56,679 nt of DNA from an uncultured Candidatus Woesearchaeota archaeon (GCA_903915225.1 CAIWSB010000030.1:1-56679), one strand, 5' to 3'; numbered from the stretch's first letter, positions 1 through 8,920 are shown. The notes: generated by a model not told the origin, from the letters alone. Made by a program: numbers and translations.

Positions 1-47
1 ATGCCCAGCATATCCTCAAGTGAAAGCGCTGTTGTAATGCTGTTCAT
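1..47 (-). CDS. Array paralog, N-terminal fragment only (gene runs off the left edge)
   Basis: Reverse complement of 1-47 reads MNSITTALSLEDMLG, the same N-terminal helix as 6908..7339 (MSSITTALTLEEMVG). The ATG at 47 overlaps the TGA of 44..523 as ATGA, with AGGAGG 8 nt upstream. Confidence 0.7.
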   Translation of the reverse strand, partial: MNSITTALSLEDMLG

Positions 48-523
48 TTTCCCATCCTCCTGTACCATGGCAGCCTCTCAACCTTTTTCACAGGGCTGAA
101 AGTTGAGTCCTTCTCCAGAACCTGCTTGAGCTCGTCAATATCCTCTGTTTTTTTCTTCTCCCTAATTCTTTTCTCTTCAGCCTCCCTCTTCTGCCTTGCC
201 GCCTCCTCTGCATCGCGTTTCTTGGTGTACACCCCATCGGCAATCTCAAAGATACCCTTGGCATCATCGCCACTTAGCTGAGCAACCTCACTTCTCCCAT
301 ACATTACAGATACATTATACCTGTTGATAATCGTATCAGGGAAAAACATATTGACTTTTTTTGAATGGTAGAGGGATACATTTACAGTGACTTTCTTATC
401 AGTCCCCTTTGGTGTATATGCCCCTGACAGGGTAACCGTCTTTCCATCTGATGTATTACTGCAACTCCAATCCTGCACACCCTGTGTCATCCCCAAAATC
501 TCTTCCAGACTAATGGCGTTCAT
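44..523 (-). CDS. Array paralog, single module, type A/F hybrid, unknown function
   Basis: 159 aa. Head 'SLEEILGMTQGVQDW' and 'GDDAKGIFEIA', an ER/K-rich spacer, tail 'RLPWYRRMGK'. Start moved from track ATG 544 to ATG 523, which gives an ATGA overlap with the upstream stop and AGGAGG 8-9 nt upstream. Confidence 0.8.
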   Translation of the reverse strand: MNAISLEEILGMTQGVQDWSCSNTSDGKTVTLSGAYTPKGTDKKVTVNVSLYHSKKVNMFFPDTIINRYNVSVMYGRSEVAQLSGDDAKGIFEIADGVYTKKRDAEEAARQKREAEEKRIREKKKTEDIDELKQVLEKDSTFSPVKKVERLPWYRRMGK

Positions 524-933
524 CTCCCCAACCTCCTGTACCACGGCAGCTTATCCGGCTTTTTGGCCAACGCGTCACGGAGTACGTCTACCTTCTGCTC
601 CAGCGCCTCCTCCTGCATCTTCCTTATTTTGTTTTCCCATTTAATCGTTATAGGATGGGCTTGGGTATAGCTGTCCTTTGCAATATTGTAAATCTTCTCT
701 GCCTCTTGGCTTGCATCTGAGACAATGGTTGCACCCTGGAAATCCACTGATACTGTATAGTATTCCCCGTACTTGTCCTTGAGCTCGGAAACTTTAATCT
801 TGACCTTTGAGAATGACCCCTCTGGATAAAACCCGCCGGAATATCTCGCGAGCTGGTCCAATGTATTTTTTTTCCTCCATCTCTTGACCTGCTTCGCAAT
901 CCCCAAGACCTCCTCGAGAGTGAGCTGCTTCAT
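520..933 (-). CDS. Array paralog, single module, type A, unknown function
   Basis: 137 aa. 'LTLEEVLGIAKQVKRW', 'EAEKIYNIA', tail 'KLPWYRRLGR'. Start moved from 954 to ATG 933. ATGA overlaps on both sides. Confidence 0.8.
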   Translation of the reverse strand: MKQLTLEEVLGIAKQVKRWRKKNTLDQLARYSGGFYPEGSFSKVKIKVSELKDKYGEYYTVSVDFQGATIVSDASQEAEKIYNIAKDSYTQAHPITIKWENKIRKMQEEALEQKVDVLRDALAKKPDKLPWYRRLGR

Positions 934-1370
934 CTCCCCATCCTCCTGTACCATGGGATCTGCTCAGGTTTTCCAGAGAGATACTCCCTCATTTCCTCAA
1001 TCTTGTTCTCTTTTCTCTCTTTGCGGCTTTTTTCTGCATATCTCAAACTTGCCTGCGCCATCTGAACCCCGCGGGGATGTAGCTTTTTGCAGCAGGCCTC
1101 GGCCTCATCAAAGAGCTTCTGGGCGCTTTCACCATCAAGGCTTGCCAATTCCTCATCTTCAAATTCATCAGTCCTGTAATATACAGAGCCCTTATAGTTA
1201 CCTTCGGAGTGGGTTTTATTTACTTTAATTTTGACACTGGGCCCAAAGAAACCTTTTGGTGAAAAATCCCCGGAGTACCCTGCCTCATCCGTGCGGAAGG
1301 AGTATTCCCATTTTCTGACCCTGTGGGCCATAGCCAAAATTTCCTCAAGTGTTAGTTCCCCCTCTTTCAT
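930..1370 (-). CDS. Array paralog, single module, type A, unknown function
   Basis: 146 aa. 'LTLEEILAMAHRVRKW', 'GESAQKLFDEA', tail 'QIPWYRRMGR'. Start moved from 1391 to ATG 1370. ATGA overlaps. Confidence 0.8.
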   Translation of the reverse strand: MKEGELTLEEILAMAHRVRKWEYSFRTDEAGYSGDFSPKGFFGPSVKIKVNKTHSEGNYKGSVYYRTDEFEDEELASLDGESAQKLFDEAEACCKKLHPRGVQMAQASLRYAEKSRKERKENKIEEMREYLSGKPEQIPWYRRMGR

Positions 1371-1771
1371 TCCCCCAGCCTCCTGTACCATGGAACTCGC
1401 CCTGCCTTGGCCTTCTCCCTGACCTGCTCAACAATTCTTAGGTGCTTCTCTTTAGCAGCCTCCTTTTTCTTTTTTTCATCCTCAATTCTTTTGAGCTCCT
1501 TTGGGCTTAGGTTCTTTTCAGCATATTCATAGATCTTTTTTGCATCAATACCTAAGAGCTCACCAACCTTCTTTTCCTTATAGTAAACCTCTCCATCGTA
1601 ATTGAGGTTTCCGGCGGACAGGGTCTCTCGCGCCCATACCCTTGCTTTGGAAAAAGGTCCAAAACTCAGGTGGCCATCATATACGGTGGAGCTGGAATAA
1701 TCGTTTCTTGTCCAATCTGTAATCTGATGTGCAATTTTCAGAATCTCCTCCAGATTTAGGTTGTCGCTCAT
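1367..1771 (-). CDS. Array paralog, single module, type A, unknown function
   Basis: 134 aa. 'LNLEEILKIAHQITDW', 'GIDAKKIYEYA', K/E-rich spacer, tail 'RVPWYRRLGE'. ATGA overlaps. Confidence 0.8.
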   Translation of the reverse strand: MSDNLNLEEILKIAHQITDWTRNDYSSSTVYDGHLSFGPFSKARVWARETLSAGNLNYDGEVYYKEKKVGELLGIDAKKIYEYAEKNLSPKELKRIEDEKKKKEAAKEKHLRIVEQVREKAKAGRVPWYRRLGE

Positions 1772-2184
1772 CTCCCCAGCCTCCTGTACAATGGGAGCTG
1801 CTCGGGTTTAGGGGCAATCCTCTCCCGTAGTTCCTCAAGGGCCTTAAGGCGGTCCTCCTCTTGAGCCCGTTTCTTCTCCTCTTTCCTCTGCTGTCTCCTG
1901 AGTTCTGATTTGGTTAAGCAACCATCTGCCAATTCATAAAGGGATTTTGCTTCCGCGCCATGAAGCTCACCAATCTTCTCATTCATATAGTACACATACC
2001 CCTCGTATCTAGAGTCAGAAAGGTGTTTATCTCCCCTTGAGTAGATTTTTGTCCCCTTTAAAGGCCCGGACTTGAAGCGCCCAACGTATTTGTTATAATT
2101 AGTATAGCTTAACCTCTTCCATCTCTTTACCTGCTTCGCCATATCCAGAATCTCTTCCAAAGTGAGGTCCGAGCTTTCAGTCAT
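1768..2184 (-). CDS. Array paralog, single module, type A, unknown function
   Basis: 138 aa. 'LTLEEILDMAKQVKRW', 'GAEAKSLYELA', tail 'QLPLYRRLGR'. 8-nt overlap (ATGACTGA) with the upstream gene, GAGGT 6 nt upstream of the ATG. Confidence 0.8.
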   Translation of the reverse strand: MTESSDLTLEEILDMAKQVKRWKRLSYTNYNKYVGRFKSGPLKGTKIYSRGDKHLSDSRYEGYVYYMNEKIGELHGAEAKSLYELADGCLTKSELRRQQRKEEKKRAQEEDRLKALEELRERIAPKPEQLPLYRRLGR

Positions 2185-2536
2185 TTCCGTACCTCGCTAA
2201 GTGTTTCTTTAGTACAGACAACAAATTCTTGCCCCTTCTCCTAGTATTCCTCGCCATTATTCTGGATATCACAGATTCCCTATCCCTAGCGATTTCCAAG
2301 ACCTTGGCAGCGCTGTTTCCATAAAATATGTCAACAGTTTCCTTGGAATCAGAAACAATGAGCTGGTAAACCTCCCGGCTTTTTTCAATGTACCTAGCCA
2401 CCTCTAAAAAGAGATATTCACCTTTCCCAACCCGGAAGTCCCCCATGTAATTCTCTTCGGTTACGCAATCCCTTTCGTCAAACCATTGGGAGCATTGGGC
2501 CATTTTGATGAGTTCATCAAGAGAGAATGTGCTCAT
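2177..2536 (-). CDS. Array paralog, single module, type C, unknown function
   Basis: 119 aa. 'MSTFSLDELIKMAQCSQW', 'YGNSAAKVLEIA', tail 'LARYGND'. ATGA overlap upstream. Confidence 0.8.
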   Translation of the reverse strand: MSTFSLDELIKMAQCSQWFDERDCVTEENYMGDFRVGKGEYLFLEVARYIEKSREVYQLIVSDSKETVDIFYGNSAAKVLEIARDRESVISRIMARNTRRRGKNLLSVLKKHLARYGND

Positions 2537-2949
2537 CTTCCCAGCCTCCTCATGAATGGAAGTTTGTCAGGCTTTGGCACAAAGCGTTCCATTACCCTTT
2601 CACGCAAAGCCTCCTTCTTAACTTCTAATGGGGTTTCAGGCTTGTTGCCAGTGGCAATTAACTCCTTGACTTTCTCGTAAACCTGCGCTGCATCCTCTCC
2701 TCTCAGCCCGGCCACCTGCCTCCCGTCATATTTGATCCTCACAACATATTCCTCGTGCATGCCCTGTTCAATGGCTTCTTTCCTTGTTTTCAAAATCTCA
2801 ATGTCTCCTATGTAATACTTACCAAATATTTTCATGGGTTTAATGCTAAATTTCCCTGAGTAAGTTTCATATAAATGGTTCTGGGGCACTTCCCATTTTT
2901 CCACCTTATCAACAATCTCCAGAATTTGCTCCAGAGGCAGCTCGTTCAT
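2533..2949 (-). CDS. Array paralog, single module, type B, unknown function
   Basis: 138 aa. 'MNELPLEQILEIVDKVEKW', 'GEDAAQVYEKV', tail 'KLPFMRRLGR'. ATGA overlaps. Confidence 0.8.
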   Translation of the reverse strand: MNELPLEQILEIVDKVEKWEVPQNHLYETYSGKFSIKPMKIFGKYYIGDIEILKTRKEAIEQGMHEEYVVRIKYDGRQVAGLRGEDAAQVYEKVKELIATGNKPETPLEVKKEALRERVMERFVPKPDKLPFMRRLGR

Positions 2950-3407
2950 TTCCCCAGCCTCCTATACCAAGGCAGCCTCTCAGGTTTAGGGGCAATCATC
3001 TCCTTTAGCTCCTGCACTTTCCTTATGCGCCTCTCCTCACCAATCTGCTTTGCCCTTTCGCGCCTCTCCTCAGCAGCCAGTCTATCCCTCTCCTTCTTCT
3101 CTAATATTTTTATGACCTTCTGGTTTAGCTTTGATTCGGCAATCTCATAAATCCCTTTCGCATCATCGCCACTCAAGTTTGCCACCTGCTCATTCTTGAA
3201 GTAAACATACCCATAATAGCTGGTTGTAACGGAATATTCGGTCTTCCTGACCTCAATTCTGACTTTGCTCAAACCCCCATTGATCCTATAAAACCCATCC
3301 AATTCCGAAGTTTCATTAGAGTAGGTGTTGATTTTCTTCCATGCCTTAACCTGCCTCGCCATCTGAAGTATCTCTTCCAGTGTGAGCTCGGGGCTAACGC
3401 TGTTCAT
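2946..3407 (-). CDS. Array paralog, single module, type A, unknown function
   Basis: 153 aa. 'LTLEEILQMARQVKAW', 'GDDAKGIYEIA', ER/K spacer, tail 'RLPWYRRLGK'. ATG 3407 preferred over 3416 because GAGGT then lies 9 nt upstream. 14-nt overlap with 3394..3762. Confidence 0.75.
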   Translation of the reverse strand: MNSVSPELTLEEILQMARQVKAWKKINTYSNETSELDGFYRINGGLSKVRIEVRKTEYSVTTSYYGYVYFKNEQVANLSGDDAKGIYEIAESKLNQKVIKILEKKERDRLAAEERRERAKQIGEERRIRKVQELKEMIAPKPERLPWYRRLGK

Positions 3408-3762
3408 TTTTCTCATACCTCTTCATGTCCCTCTTTAGAGCCCTGAGCATTCCAGCTGCGCCACGCTCGGCCATCCAATGCCAATATTTCGCAGCTGTTG
3501 TAAGCCTATCCTTAGCTATTTCCAGAACCTTTTTGGCATCATCCCCATAGATGACCTCCTCAAGGTCATTCGAGTACATTACGATTAGCCTGTAAATTTC
3601 CTGGCCGTTGCTGAAGTGCCTTGAAGATACCAGGTTTAGCTTCTCATCTTTCCCCAGCTTGAAAGTCCCGTCATAATACTCCTCAACAACAGCGCTCCTG
3701 CCGCTTTTCCAGCGGGATTTCCCTGCAATATCCACAAGCTCGTCAATTGTGAATGTGCTCAT
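3394..3762 (-). CDS. Array paralog, single module, type C, unknown function
   Basis: 122 aa. 'MSTFTIDELVDIAGKSRW', 'YGDDAKKVLEIA', tail 'MKRYEKNEQR'. ATGA overlap upstream. Confidence 0.8.
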   Translation of the reverse strand: MSTFTIDELVDIAGKSRWKSGRSAVVEEYYDGTFKLGKDEKLNLVSSRHFSNGQEIYRLIVMYSNDLEEVIYGDDAKKVLEIAKDRLTTAAKYWHWMAERGAAGMLRALKRDMKRYEKNEQR

Positions 3763-4175
3763 TTTCCCAGCCTCCGTATGAGTGGCAGCTTTTCTGGCTT
3801 GGGTGCGAGAGCCGCTTTGACCTTGTCACGGACAGCTTTCTTCTGGATATCAGCCGAGTCCTCAAGCTCTATCTCGCCAACTATCTTCTTGACCTTGTCA
3901 TAGACTTTGGCTGCATCCTGGCCCCGGAGGCCAGCAACATCAAACCCATTGTACGTCACAACAACTGTGTAATCATCCATTACACCCTCCTTGACAGCGC
4001 CCTCCTTTGTCTTCAGTATCTGGACCTTCCCATAGTAAGGTTGCCCATTGATATAGTTGAAGCCGTTGTATGAGAAATTCCCAGAGTAACGCTCATGTGT
4101 GGGGTCGAAAACAAACTGCCAACTGTTCGCCTTCTCAACAATCTTCATAATCTCCTCAAGCGGCAGCTCGTTCAT
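3759..4175 (-). CDS. Array paralog, single module, type B, unknown function
   Basis: 138 aa. 'MNELPLEEIMKIVEKANSW', 'GQDAAKVYDKV', tail 'KLPLIRRLGK'. ATGA overlaps. Confidence 0.8.
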   Translation of the reverse strand: MNELPLEEIMKIVEKANSWQFVFDPTHERYSGNFSYNGFNYINGQPYYGKVQILKTKEGAVKEGVMDDYTVVVTYNGFDVAGLRGQDAAKVYDKVKKIVGEIELEDSADIQKKAVRDKVKAALAPKPEKLPLIRRLGK

Positions 4176-4513
4176 CTCCCAATCCTCCGATACCAGGGCA
4201 AAGCCTCGCCTTTCCTGGGTGGCAGCAGCCGGAAGAACCTCTGCTGATGGTAAGCCTCATCAGCAATCTCGTAAAGGCTCTTGGCCTCTTCGCCGCTCGT
4301 GTGTTTAAGGTGCTTGTTCTTTGGCACCAGAGCGAACATATCTCCCAGGTTGCCATGGGAATTATAACGGTAGGAGTCAATGTAATAGCTCATTAAATAG
4401 CAATTGCGGGCGGCACATTTCCCGTAGTAAACCACCATAGTTTCAGTGTCTATTAACCGCTTCCAAACAGGCACTTCCCTGGCAACCTCCAGCATGTCCT
4501 CAACGCCACTCAT
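4172..4513 (-). CDS. Array paralog, single module, short type A, unknown function
   Basis: 113 aa. 'MLEVAREVPVW', 'GEEAKSLYEIA', 'QQRFFRLLPP', tail 'EALPWYRRIGR'. No ER/K spacer. ATGA overlaps. Confidence 0.8.
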   Translation of the reverse strand: MSGVEDMLEVAREVPVWKRLIDTETMVVYYGKCAARNCYLMSYYIDSYRYNSHGNLGDMFALVPKNKHLKHTSGEEAKSLYEIADEAYHQQRFFRLLPPRKGEALPWYRRIGR

Positions 4514-5364
4514 TTCTTATCACCCAGGACATGCCTCTTCAGGGCCTCAATCCTCTCAAGCCGCGCCTTCTCTTCCCGCTCTTTCGCGAGCTCTGCCATC
4601 CGAGGGCCGATATAATCAAACAACGCCTTTGCCTCATCACCAGTCAGGTAGCCCACCTTGTTCCCTTTATGGTTTATCCAGCAGCCATAAAATTCCACTT
4701 CCACCTTTGGCTCTTTGAAATTAATGTTGGTTTTATGCACCTCAATCTTGACTGTTCCAATCTCCTTGAGCTTGAGTTTGCCTGAGAAATAATTGATTTC
4801 CCTATTTGTATTATACTCTACAACTTCACCCCAGCTGTACTTAATTTTATGGTAGGAGGGCCCAACAATACGATTTGGCTTCCAGGCAACATCCTGCGTC
4901 ATTTTCATGACCTCTTCCAACGAGAAAGGCGTTGCCCTTGAATCCCCGCCCAATGCTGCCCTCATCTTCCCCACTTTTACAAGGGCTTCAGTGGTTAAAT
5001 CTGGGCTGCCCCTCACCCACCAATCAGCCATTGCCTGCTTAAGCTCCCCCGACCTCTTCATTTCACGCATTTCCTTCTCCTTGACTTCTTTGTCCATCTT
5101 CACTTTCACATAATCGAAAAGCTGCCTGGCCTCATCCCCCTTCACTTCTGCCATTTTTTCAGGACCATATGAAAGAGATGATATGTAATCAAACTCTCCA
5201 CCCTTATCAATACGTTCGATATCAAAACGCAATAACTTGAAAGACCAAAATCTCGGGTAGGTTTCACCAGTGTATCTCGTGGTGTTTTCAGATATAGTGT
5301 GCTGCCAACTTTCTATCTTATCAGCCATCTTCATCAAATCCTCAAGGCTCAGCGGGCTGCTCAT
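4510..5364 (-). CDS. Array paralog, double module, type D, unknown function
   Basis: 284 aa. Module 1 'LSLEDLMKMADKIESW...GDEARQLFDYV', module 2 'FSLEEVMKMTQDVAW...GDEAKALFDYI', tail 'HVLGDKK'. ATGA overlaps. Confidence 0.8.
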   Translation of the reverse strand: MSSPLSLEDLMKMADKIESWQHTISENTTRYTGETYPRFWSFKLLRFDIERIDKGGEFDYISSLSYGPEKMAEVKGDEARQLFDYVKVKMDKEVKEKEMREMKRSGELKQAMADWWVRGSPDLTTEALVKVGKMRAALGGDSRATPFSLEEVMKMTQDVAWKPNRIVGPSYHKIKYSWGEVVEYNTNREINYFSGKLKLKEIGTVKIEVHKTNINFKEPKVEVEFYGCWINHKGNKVGYLTGDEAKALFDYIGPRMAELAKEREEKARLERIEALKRHVLGDKK

Positions 5365-5729
5365 CTTTCGTACCTCTTCCTGTCTTTCCTTAGCAGCTCC
5401 AGGTCATCTTTGCCGTGTTCTATTTCCTTCCTTGTAAGATATTTTGAAAACCTGGCGGCGCGCTGGCGTGCGATTTCCATTACCTTGGCTGCATCATCGC
5501 CGTAAACCACGTCAACGAGATTCTTGAAATTGCCCACTGTGAGTCGGCAAGTCTCCTGGGCATCCTCTTTGTACCTTGCAACCTGAAGCCAGATAGAATG
5601 CCCCAGTTCAAGCCTAAGCTTCCCCCAATATACCTCTTCAGCCAAGAGGTAATCAGATGCGACAACATCCTGGTACCAGCGTGAGGATTCGGCCATTCTC
5701 ACCATCTCATCAAGGCTGAACCTGCTCAT
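5361..5729 (-). CDS. Array paralog, single module, type C, unknown function
   Basis: 122 aa. 'MSRFSLDEMVRMAESSRW', 'YGDDAAKVMEIA', tail 'RKRYER'. ATGA overlaps. Confidence 0.8.
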   Translation of the reverse strand: MSRFSLDEMVRMAESSRWYQDVVASDYLLAEEVYWGKLRLELGHSIWLQVARYKEDAQETCRLTVGNFKNLVDVVYGDDAAKVMEIARQRAARFSKYLTRKEIEHGKDDLELLRKDRKRYER

Positions 5730-6139
5730 CTCCCCAGCCTCCTCATCAGAGGGAGTTTCTCCGGCCTTGGTGCGATGCGGCGCTTTATCTTTTCCCGTAG
5801 TGGCGTGTTATCACGCTGCTCCGCAGCTGGTTTTTCAGCCAGGAGTCCACTCTTGACTTTTTCATAAATAATTGACGCTTCCCTGCCATTAAATCCCGCA
5901 ATAATAGTATTATTATACTTGACGGTGACGTTATAGCTCTCATGGAGCCCTATCTTTTTTGCAGACTCATTTGTCTTTAGCACATATATCTCGCCGTATG
6001 TTTTGTCACTTCTGAAATCGCCCGAGGCTCTGATATAGAATTTCCCATGGCAGCAATCCTGATATGGCTCTTCAGTGACCTCCCAAGTATCAACCATATC
6101 CACAAACTCCAAAACCTCCTCCAGCGGCAGCTCGTTCAT
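5726..6139 (-). CDS. Array paralog, single module, type B, unknown function
   Basis: 137 aa. 'MNELPLEEVLEFVDMVDTW', 'GREASIIYEKV', tail 'KLPLMRRLGR'. ATGA overlaps. Confidence 0.8.
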   Translation of the reverse strand: MNELPLEEVLEFVDMVDTWEVTEEPYQDCCHGKFYIRASGDFRSDKTYGEIYVLKTNESAKKIGLHESYNVTVKYNNTIIAGFNGREASIIYEKVKSGLLAEKPAAEQRDNTPLREKIKRRIAPRPEKLPLMRRLGR

Positions 6140-6501
6140 TTCCCGTACCTCTCCCTGTGCTTTTTAAGCAGCTCCATGGATTTTCTGCTCTCTTTCGCAA
6201 GCCCTTTCATATACCTTGAGTTACCTCTTGCCTTGCCCCTGGCTATCTCCAAAACCCGGGCTGCATTGTCGCCATAAACAACCTCATAGTATTGATTGTA
6301 CTTGAACACAACGAGCCTGTATGTCTCCTGCCCTTCCTCATGATATTTGGAAATATCCAGCCACACCTTCCCATTATTTTCTAACCTCAATTTGCCCAGG
6401 TAGCCCTCATCTTCAATATAGCCCTCTGATGATACTGCAAGAGGCTCCCATTTCGAGTGCTCTGCCATTCCCACAAGTTCATCAAGGCTAAACGCGCTCA
6501 T
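6136..6501 (-). CDS. Array paralog, single module, type C, unknown function
   Basis: 121 aa. 'MSAFSLDELVGMAEHSKW', 'YGDNAARVLEIA', tail 'HRERYGK'. ATGA overlaps. Confidence 0.8.
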   Translation of the reverse strand: MSAFSLDELVGMAEHSKWEPLAVSSEGYIEDEGYLGKLRLENNGKVWLDISKYHEEGQETYRLVVFKYNQYYEVVYGDNAARVLEIARGKARGNSRYMKGLAKESRKSMELLKKHRERYGK

Positions 6502-6911
6502 TTCCCCAGCCTCCTGTGCAAAGGCAGCGGCTCTGGCTTGGGTGCAATTGCCTGCCTAATCTTGTCTTTCAATTCCTCTGGGAAATCCACATCCGGCTCT
6601 TTCCAATTTCCCAAGCTCTCTCTTATTCTCTCAAAAACCATATCAGCATCTTTGCCTTCAAGCCCGGCAACATAACTGCCGTTGTATCTTATTGTGACCA
6701 AGTCTCTTTGATGGAGCCCTTCCTTTATCCCCTGCTCACTTGTCTTCCGCACATAAATCTTCCCGTAAGTATTCTGCCCGGTGAAAAAATTCCAGGGTTT
6801 AAAATCAAATCTTCCGATATAACCAGTATAGGACGCACCCTTTTGGAAGGTCTCCCAGTGGTCAACCTTATCGACAAGCTCCATTACCTCCTCCAGCGGC
6901 AGCTCGTTCAT
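6498..6911 (-). CDS. Array paralog, single module, type B, unknown function
   Basis: 137 aa. 'MNELPLEEVMELVDKVDHW', 'GKDADMVFERI', tail 'PLPLHRRLGK'. ATGA overlaps. Confidence 0.8.
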   Translation of the reverse strand: MNELPLEEVMELVDKVDHWETFQKGASYTGYIGRFDFKPWNFFTGQNTYGKIYVRKTSEQGIKEGLHQRDLVTIRYNGSYVAGLEGKDADMVFERIRESLGNWKEPDVDFPEELKDKIRQAIAPKPEPLPLHRRLGK

Positions 6912-7339
6912 TTCCCAATCCTCCTCCAGAACGGCAACCTCTCTGGCTTTGGGGCGAGCCTCCCTTTCAACTCCTGTATTACCCTCTGGGTCTCAGTCAG
7001 TTTCTTCTGGCCTTTCTTATTAGCCAGCTCAAGCCTCTCCTGCTGGATTTTCGCATAGCCCGCATCAGCAACCTCAAAGAGCTTCCTTGCATCACTGCCG
7101 CTCAGGTTCGCAATTTCCTTTTCCTTGTAATGTATCTTTACCTCATAGGTTGGGTTTGTTTCTGAATAGGTCATCTTCTTGGCCTCAATCTTGACCTGCT
7201 TGGATGTGCCCCTGGGCTTGAAGTAGCCATCATAGGAAGTTGTGTACATGAGGTACGGACGAACCTTATCCCAGTCCTTCACCTGCCTCGCAATCCCCAC
7301 CATCTCCTCCAGTGTAAGCGCGGTTGTAATGCTGCTCAT
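6908..7339 (-). CDS. Array paralog, single module, type A, unknown function
   Basis: 143 aa. 'LTLEEMVGIARQVKDW', 'GSDARKLFEVA', tail 'RLPFWRRIGK'. Start moved from 7360 to ATG 7339 (ATGA overlap, AGGAGG upstream). Confidence 0.8.
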   Translation of the reverse strand: MSSITTALTLEEMVGIARQVKDWDKVRPYLMYTTSYDGYFKPRGTSKQVKIEAKKMTYSETNPTYEVKIHYKEKEIANLSGSDARKLFEVADAGYAKIQQERLELANKKGQKKLTETQRVIQELKGRLAPKPERLPFWRRIGK

Positions 7340-7713
7340 CTTCCAATCCTCCTGTACCAAGGCAATGCCTCAACATCTGATTCTTCCTTTGGCGGCAGCA
7401 GCTTGAAGAACCTCTGCTGACCATAGGCCTTATCGGCGATTTCATATAGTGATTTGGCATCGTCCCCGCTCGCAGCCTTTACTATGTGCCTTCTCCCGGG
7501 CCCGGAGAACAGGCCGGCAAGGTAATACATCTTTATGGCATTTGTACCCTTCTCTTTGTCTTTTACCCTCGCAATAAAAATATTGGAATTGTGATTGCGG
7601 CTCCTACCATTGTATGTGGTTGACTGGAACAAACTAGACCTTTTCCAGACAGGCACATCCTTGGCAATTTCAAGCATCTCCTCCAGTGAGACCTCGTTTG
7701 AAATGCTGTTCAT
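7336..7713 (-). CDS. Array paralog, single module, short type A, unknown function
   Basis: 125 aa. 'VSLEEMLEIAKDVPVW', 'GDDAKSLYEIA', 'QQRFFKLLPPKEESDVEALPWYRRIGR'. Start moved from 7734 to ATG 7713. Confidence 0.8.
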   Translation of the reverse strand: MNSISNEVSLEEMLEIAKDVPVWKRSSLFQSTTYNGRSRNHNSNIFIARVKDKEKGTNAIKMYYLAGLFSGPGRRHIVKAASGDDAKSLYEIADKAYGQQRFFKLLPPKEESDVEALPWYRRIGR

Positions 7714-8078
7714 TTCCCCATCCTCCTGTACCAAGGCAATGCCTCAACTTCAGATTCTTCCTTTGGCGGTAGCAGCTTGAAGAACCTCTGATTATCATAG
7801 ACCCCTTTGGCAATATCATATATCGATTTCGCATCGTCCCCTCTCGCAGATTTTATTACCTTATATCCCTGTGGTTCGAACACACCGCCAAAATAATCGG
7901 TGGTGGTGACACTCGTGTCTCTTTGCCTGTGCCTGAATTTCGCAATAAGCACAGAAGACCCGTGTTTGCGGCTTCGCCCATCGTAGAAGGTTAATGTCTT
8001 AGACCATCGGTGCCTTTTCCAAACAGGCACATCCTTGGCAATCTCAAGCATCTCCTCCAAAGTCATAGCACTACTCAT
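7710..8078 (-). CDS. Array paralog, single module, short type A, unknown function
   Basis: 122 aa. 'MTLEEMLEIAKDVPVW', 'GDDAKSIYDIA', 'NQRFFKLLPPKEESEVEALPWYRRMGK'. ATGA overlaps. Confidence 0.8.
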   Translation of the reverse strand: MSSAMTLEEMLEIAKDVPVWKRHRWSKTLTFYDGRSRKHGSSVLIAKFRHRQRDTSVTTTDYFGGVFEPQGYKVIKSARGDDAKSIYDIAKGVYDNQRFFKLLPPKEESEVEALPWYRRMGK

Positions 8079-8920
8079 TTTCCCCCATCCCCAAAAACAG
8101 CCCTCTTGAGCCCATCTGCCTTTGCCTGGCGCTGCCTTTCCTGCTTTTCAGCATCCAACTGGTCCTTGCGTCCTTGGACATATTGGTAAACCTTCTCTGC
8201 AGCATCCTCCCTAAGGCTCGCCACCTCTGCCCTCTTGAAGTAAACCCTGGCAGAGAATTTATTAGGAATAACATCGAATCCGTTAGAGTACCCTTCACAG
8301 ATTCCTGCAATTACCCGCACCATGTCCCGTGAGTTTGGTGTCTTGTGTTTCCCACTGTATTCAGTGACTGAATATTCACTCCAGAATCTATCATCATAAT
8401 ATTTTTTAGAAACCCTTTTCCATCCACCCATCTTTTGGGCTATCCCCAGGACCTCCTCAAGCGTAAGCGGGGTCTGCACAGAGGTTTTTTCTGGTTCGCA
8501 TCCCATTGTAGCCCGAAGCTCCTGCACCATCTTCAGGTTGATTGCTTCATGCCTCTTCTTGATGCTCCCTGAAACAACACCCTCAATTGAAGGCTCCTCA
8601 TCCCGAGCAGCCTCCTCAGCCTTTATCCTCTTTTTATTTACCTCCATCTGAATATAATCGAAAGGAAAAGAGGCAATCTCTCCCTTTAATTCAGCAACCT
8701 TCTCCTTGTCATAGGTCACTGAGACTGAATATTCAAACTTCCTTCCGCCATCCCCCTGCAGCTCTCTCCTTTCCACTTCAATATTCGCTTTCTTGGGTGA
8801 GAGGCGTTTGGGCCTGAATGCACCATTGTACCTGAGAATATTCCCCTCCTCTGACTTCCTCCAGCGCTTGACCCTGGCAGCCATTACAGTTATCTCCCCC
8901 ACATGGAAACTGGTGCTCAT
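8075..8920 (-). CDS. Array paralog, double module, type D, unknown function
   Basis: 281 aa. Module 1 'VGEITVMAARVKRW', module 2 'LTLEEVLGIAQKMGGW...EDAAEKVYQYV', tail 'AVFGDGGK'. ATGA overlaps. Confidence 0.8.
   Translation of the reverse strand: MSTSFHVGEITVMAARVKRWRKSEEGNILRYNGAFRPKRLSPKKANIEVERRELQGDGGRKFEYSVSVTYDKEKVAELKGEIASFPFDYIQMEVNKKRIKAEEAARDEEPSIEGVVSGSIKKRHEAINLKMVQELRATMGCEPEKTSVQTPLTLEEVLGIAQKMGGWKRVSKKYYDDRFWSEYSVTEYSGKHKTPNSRDMVRVIAGICEGYSNGFDVIPNKFSARVYFKRAEVASLREDAAEKVYQYVQGRKDQLDAEKQERQRQAKADGLKRAVFGDGGK

Noticed and set aside
6516-7058. A 180-aa plus-strand ORF, and the many other 60-115 aa plus-strand ORFs inside 1-19400.
   Set aside because: They are mirror-image artefacts of the E/K-rich minus-strand genes. 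Their composition is S/L/P/F-rich and low in complexity, they have no SD or TATA, they lack the paralogy seen on the minus strand, and they cross gene junctions.
7873-7881. A tRNA T-loop-like 'GGTTCGAAC'.
   Set aside because: It lies inside a well-supported array CDS, and no acceptor, D or anticodon arms can be drawn around it.
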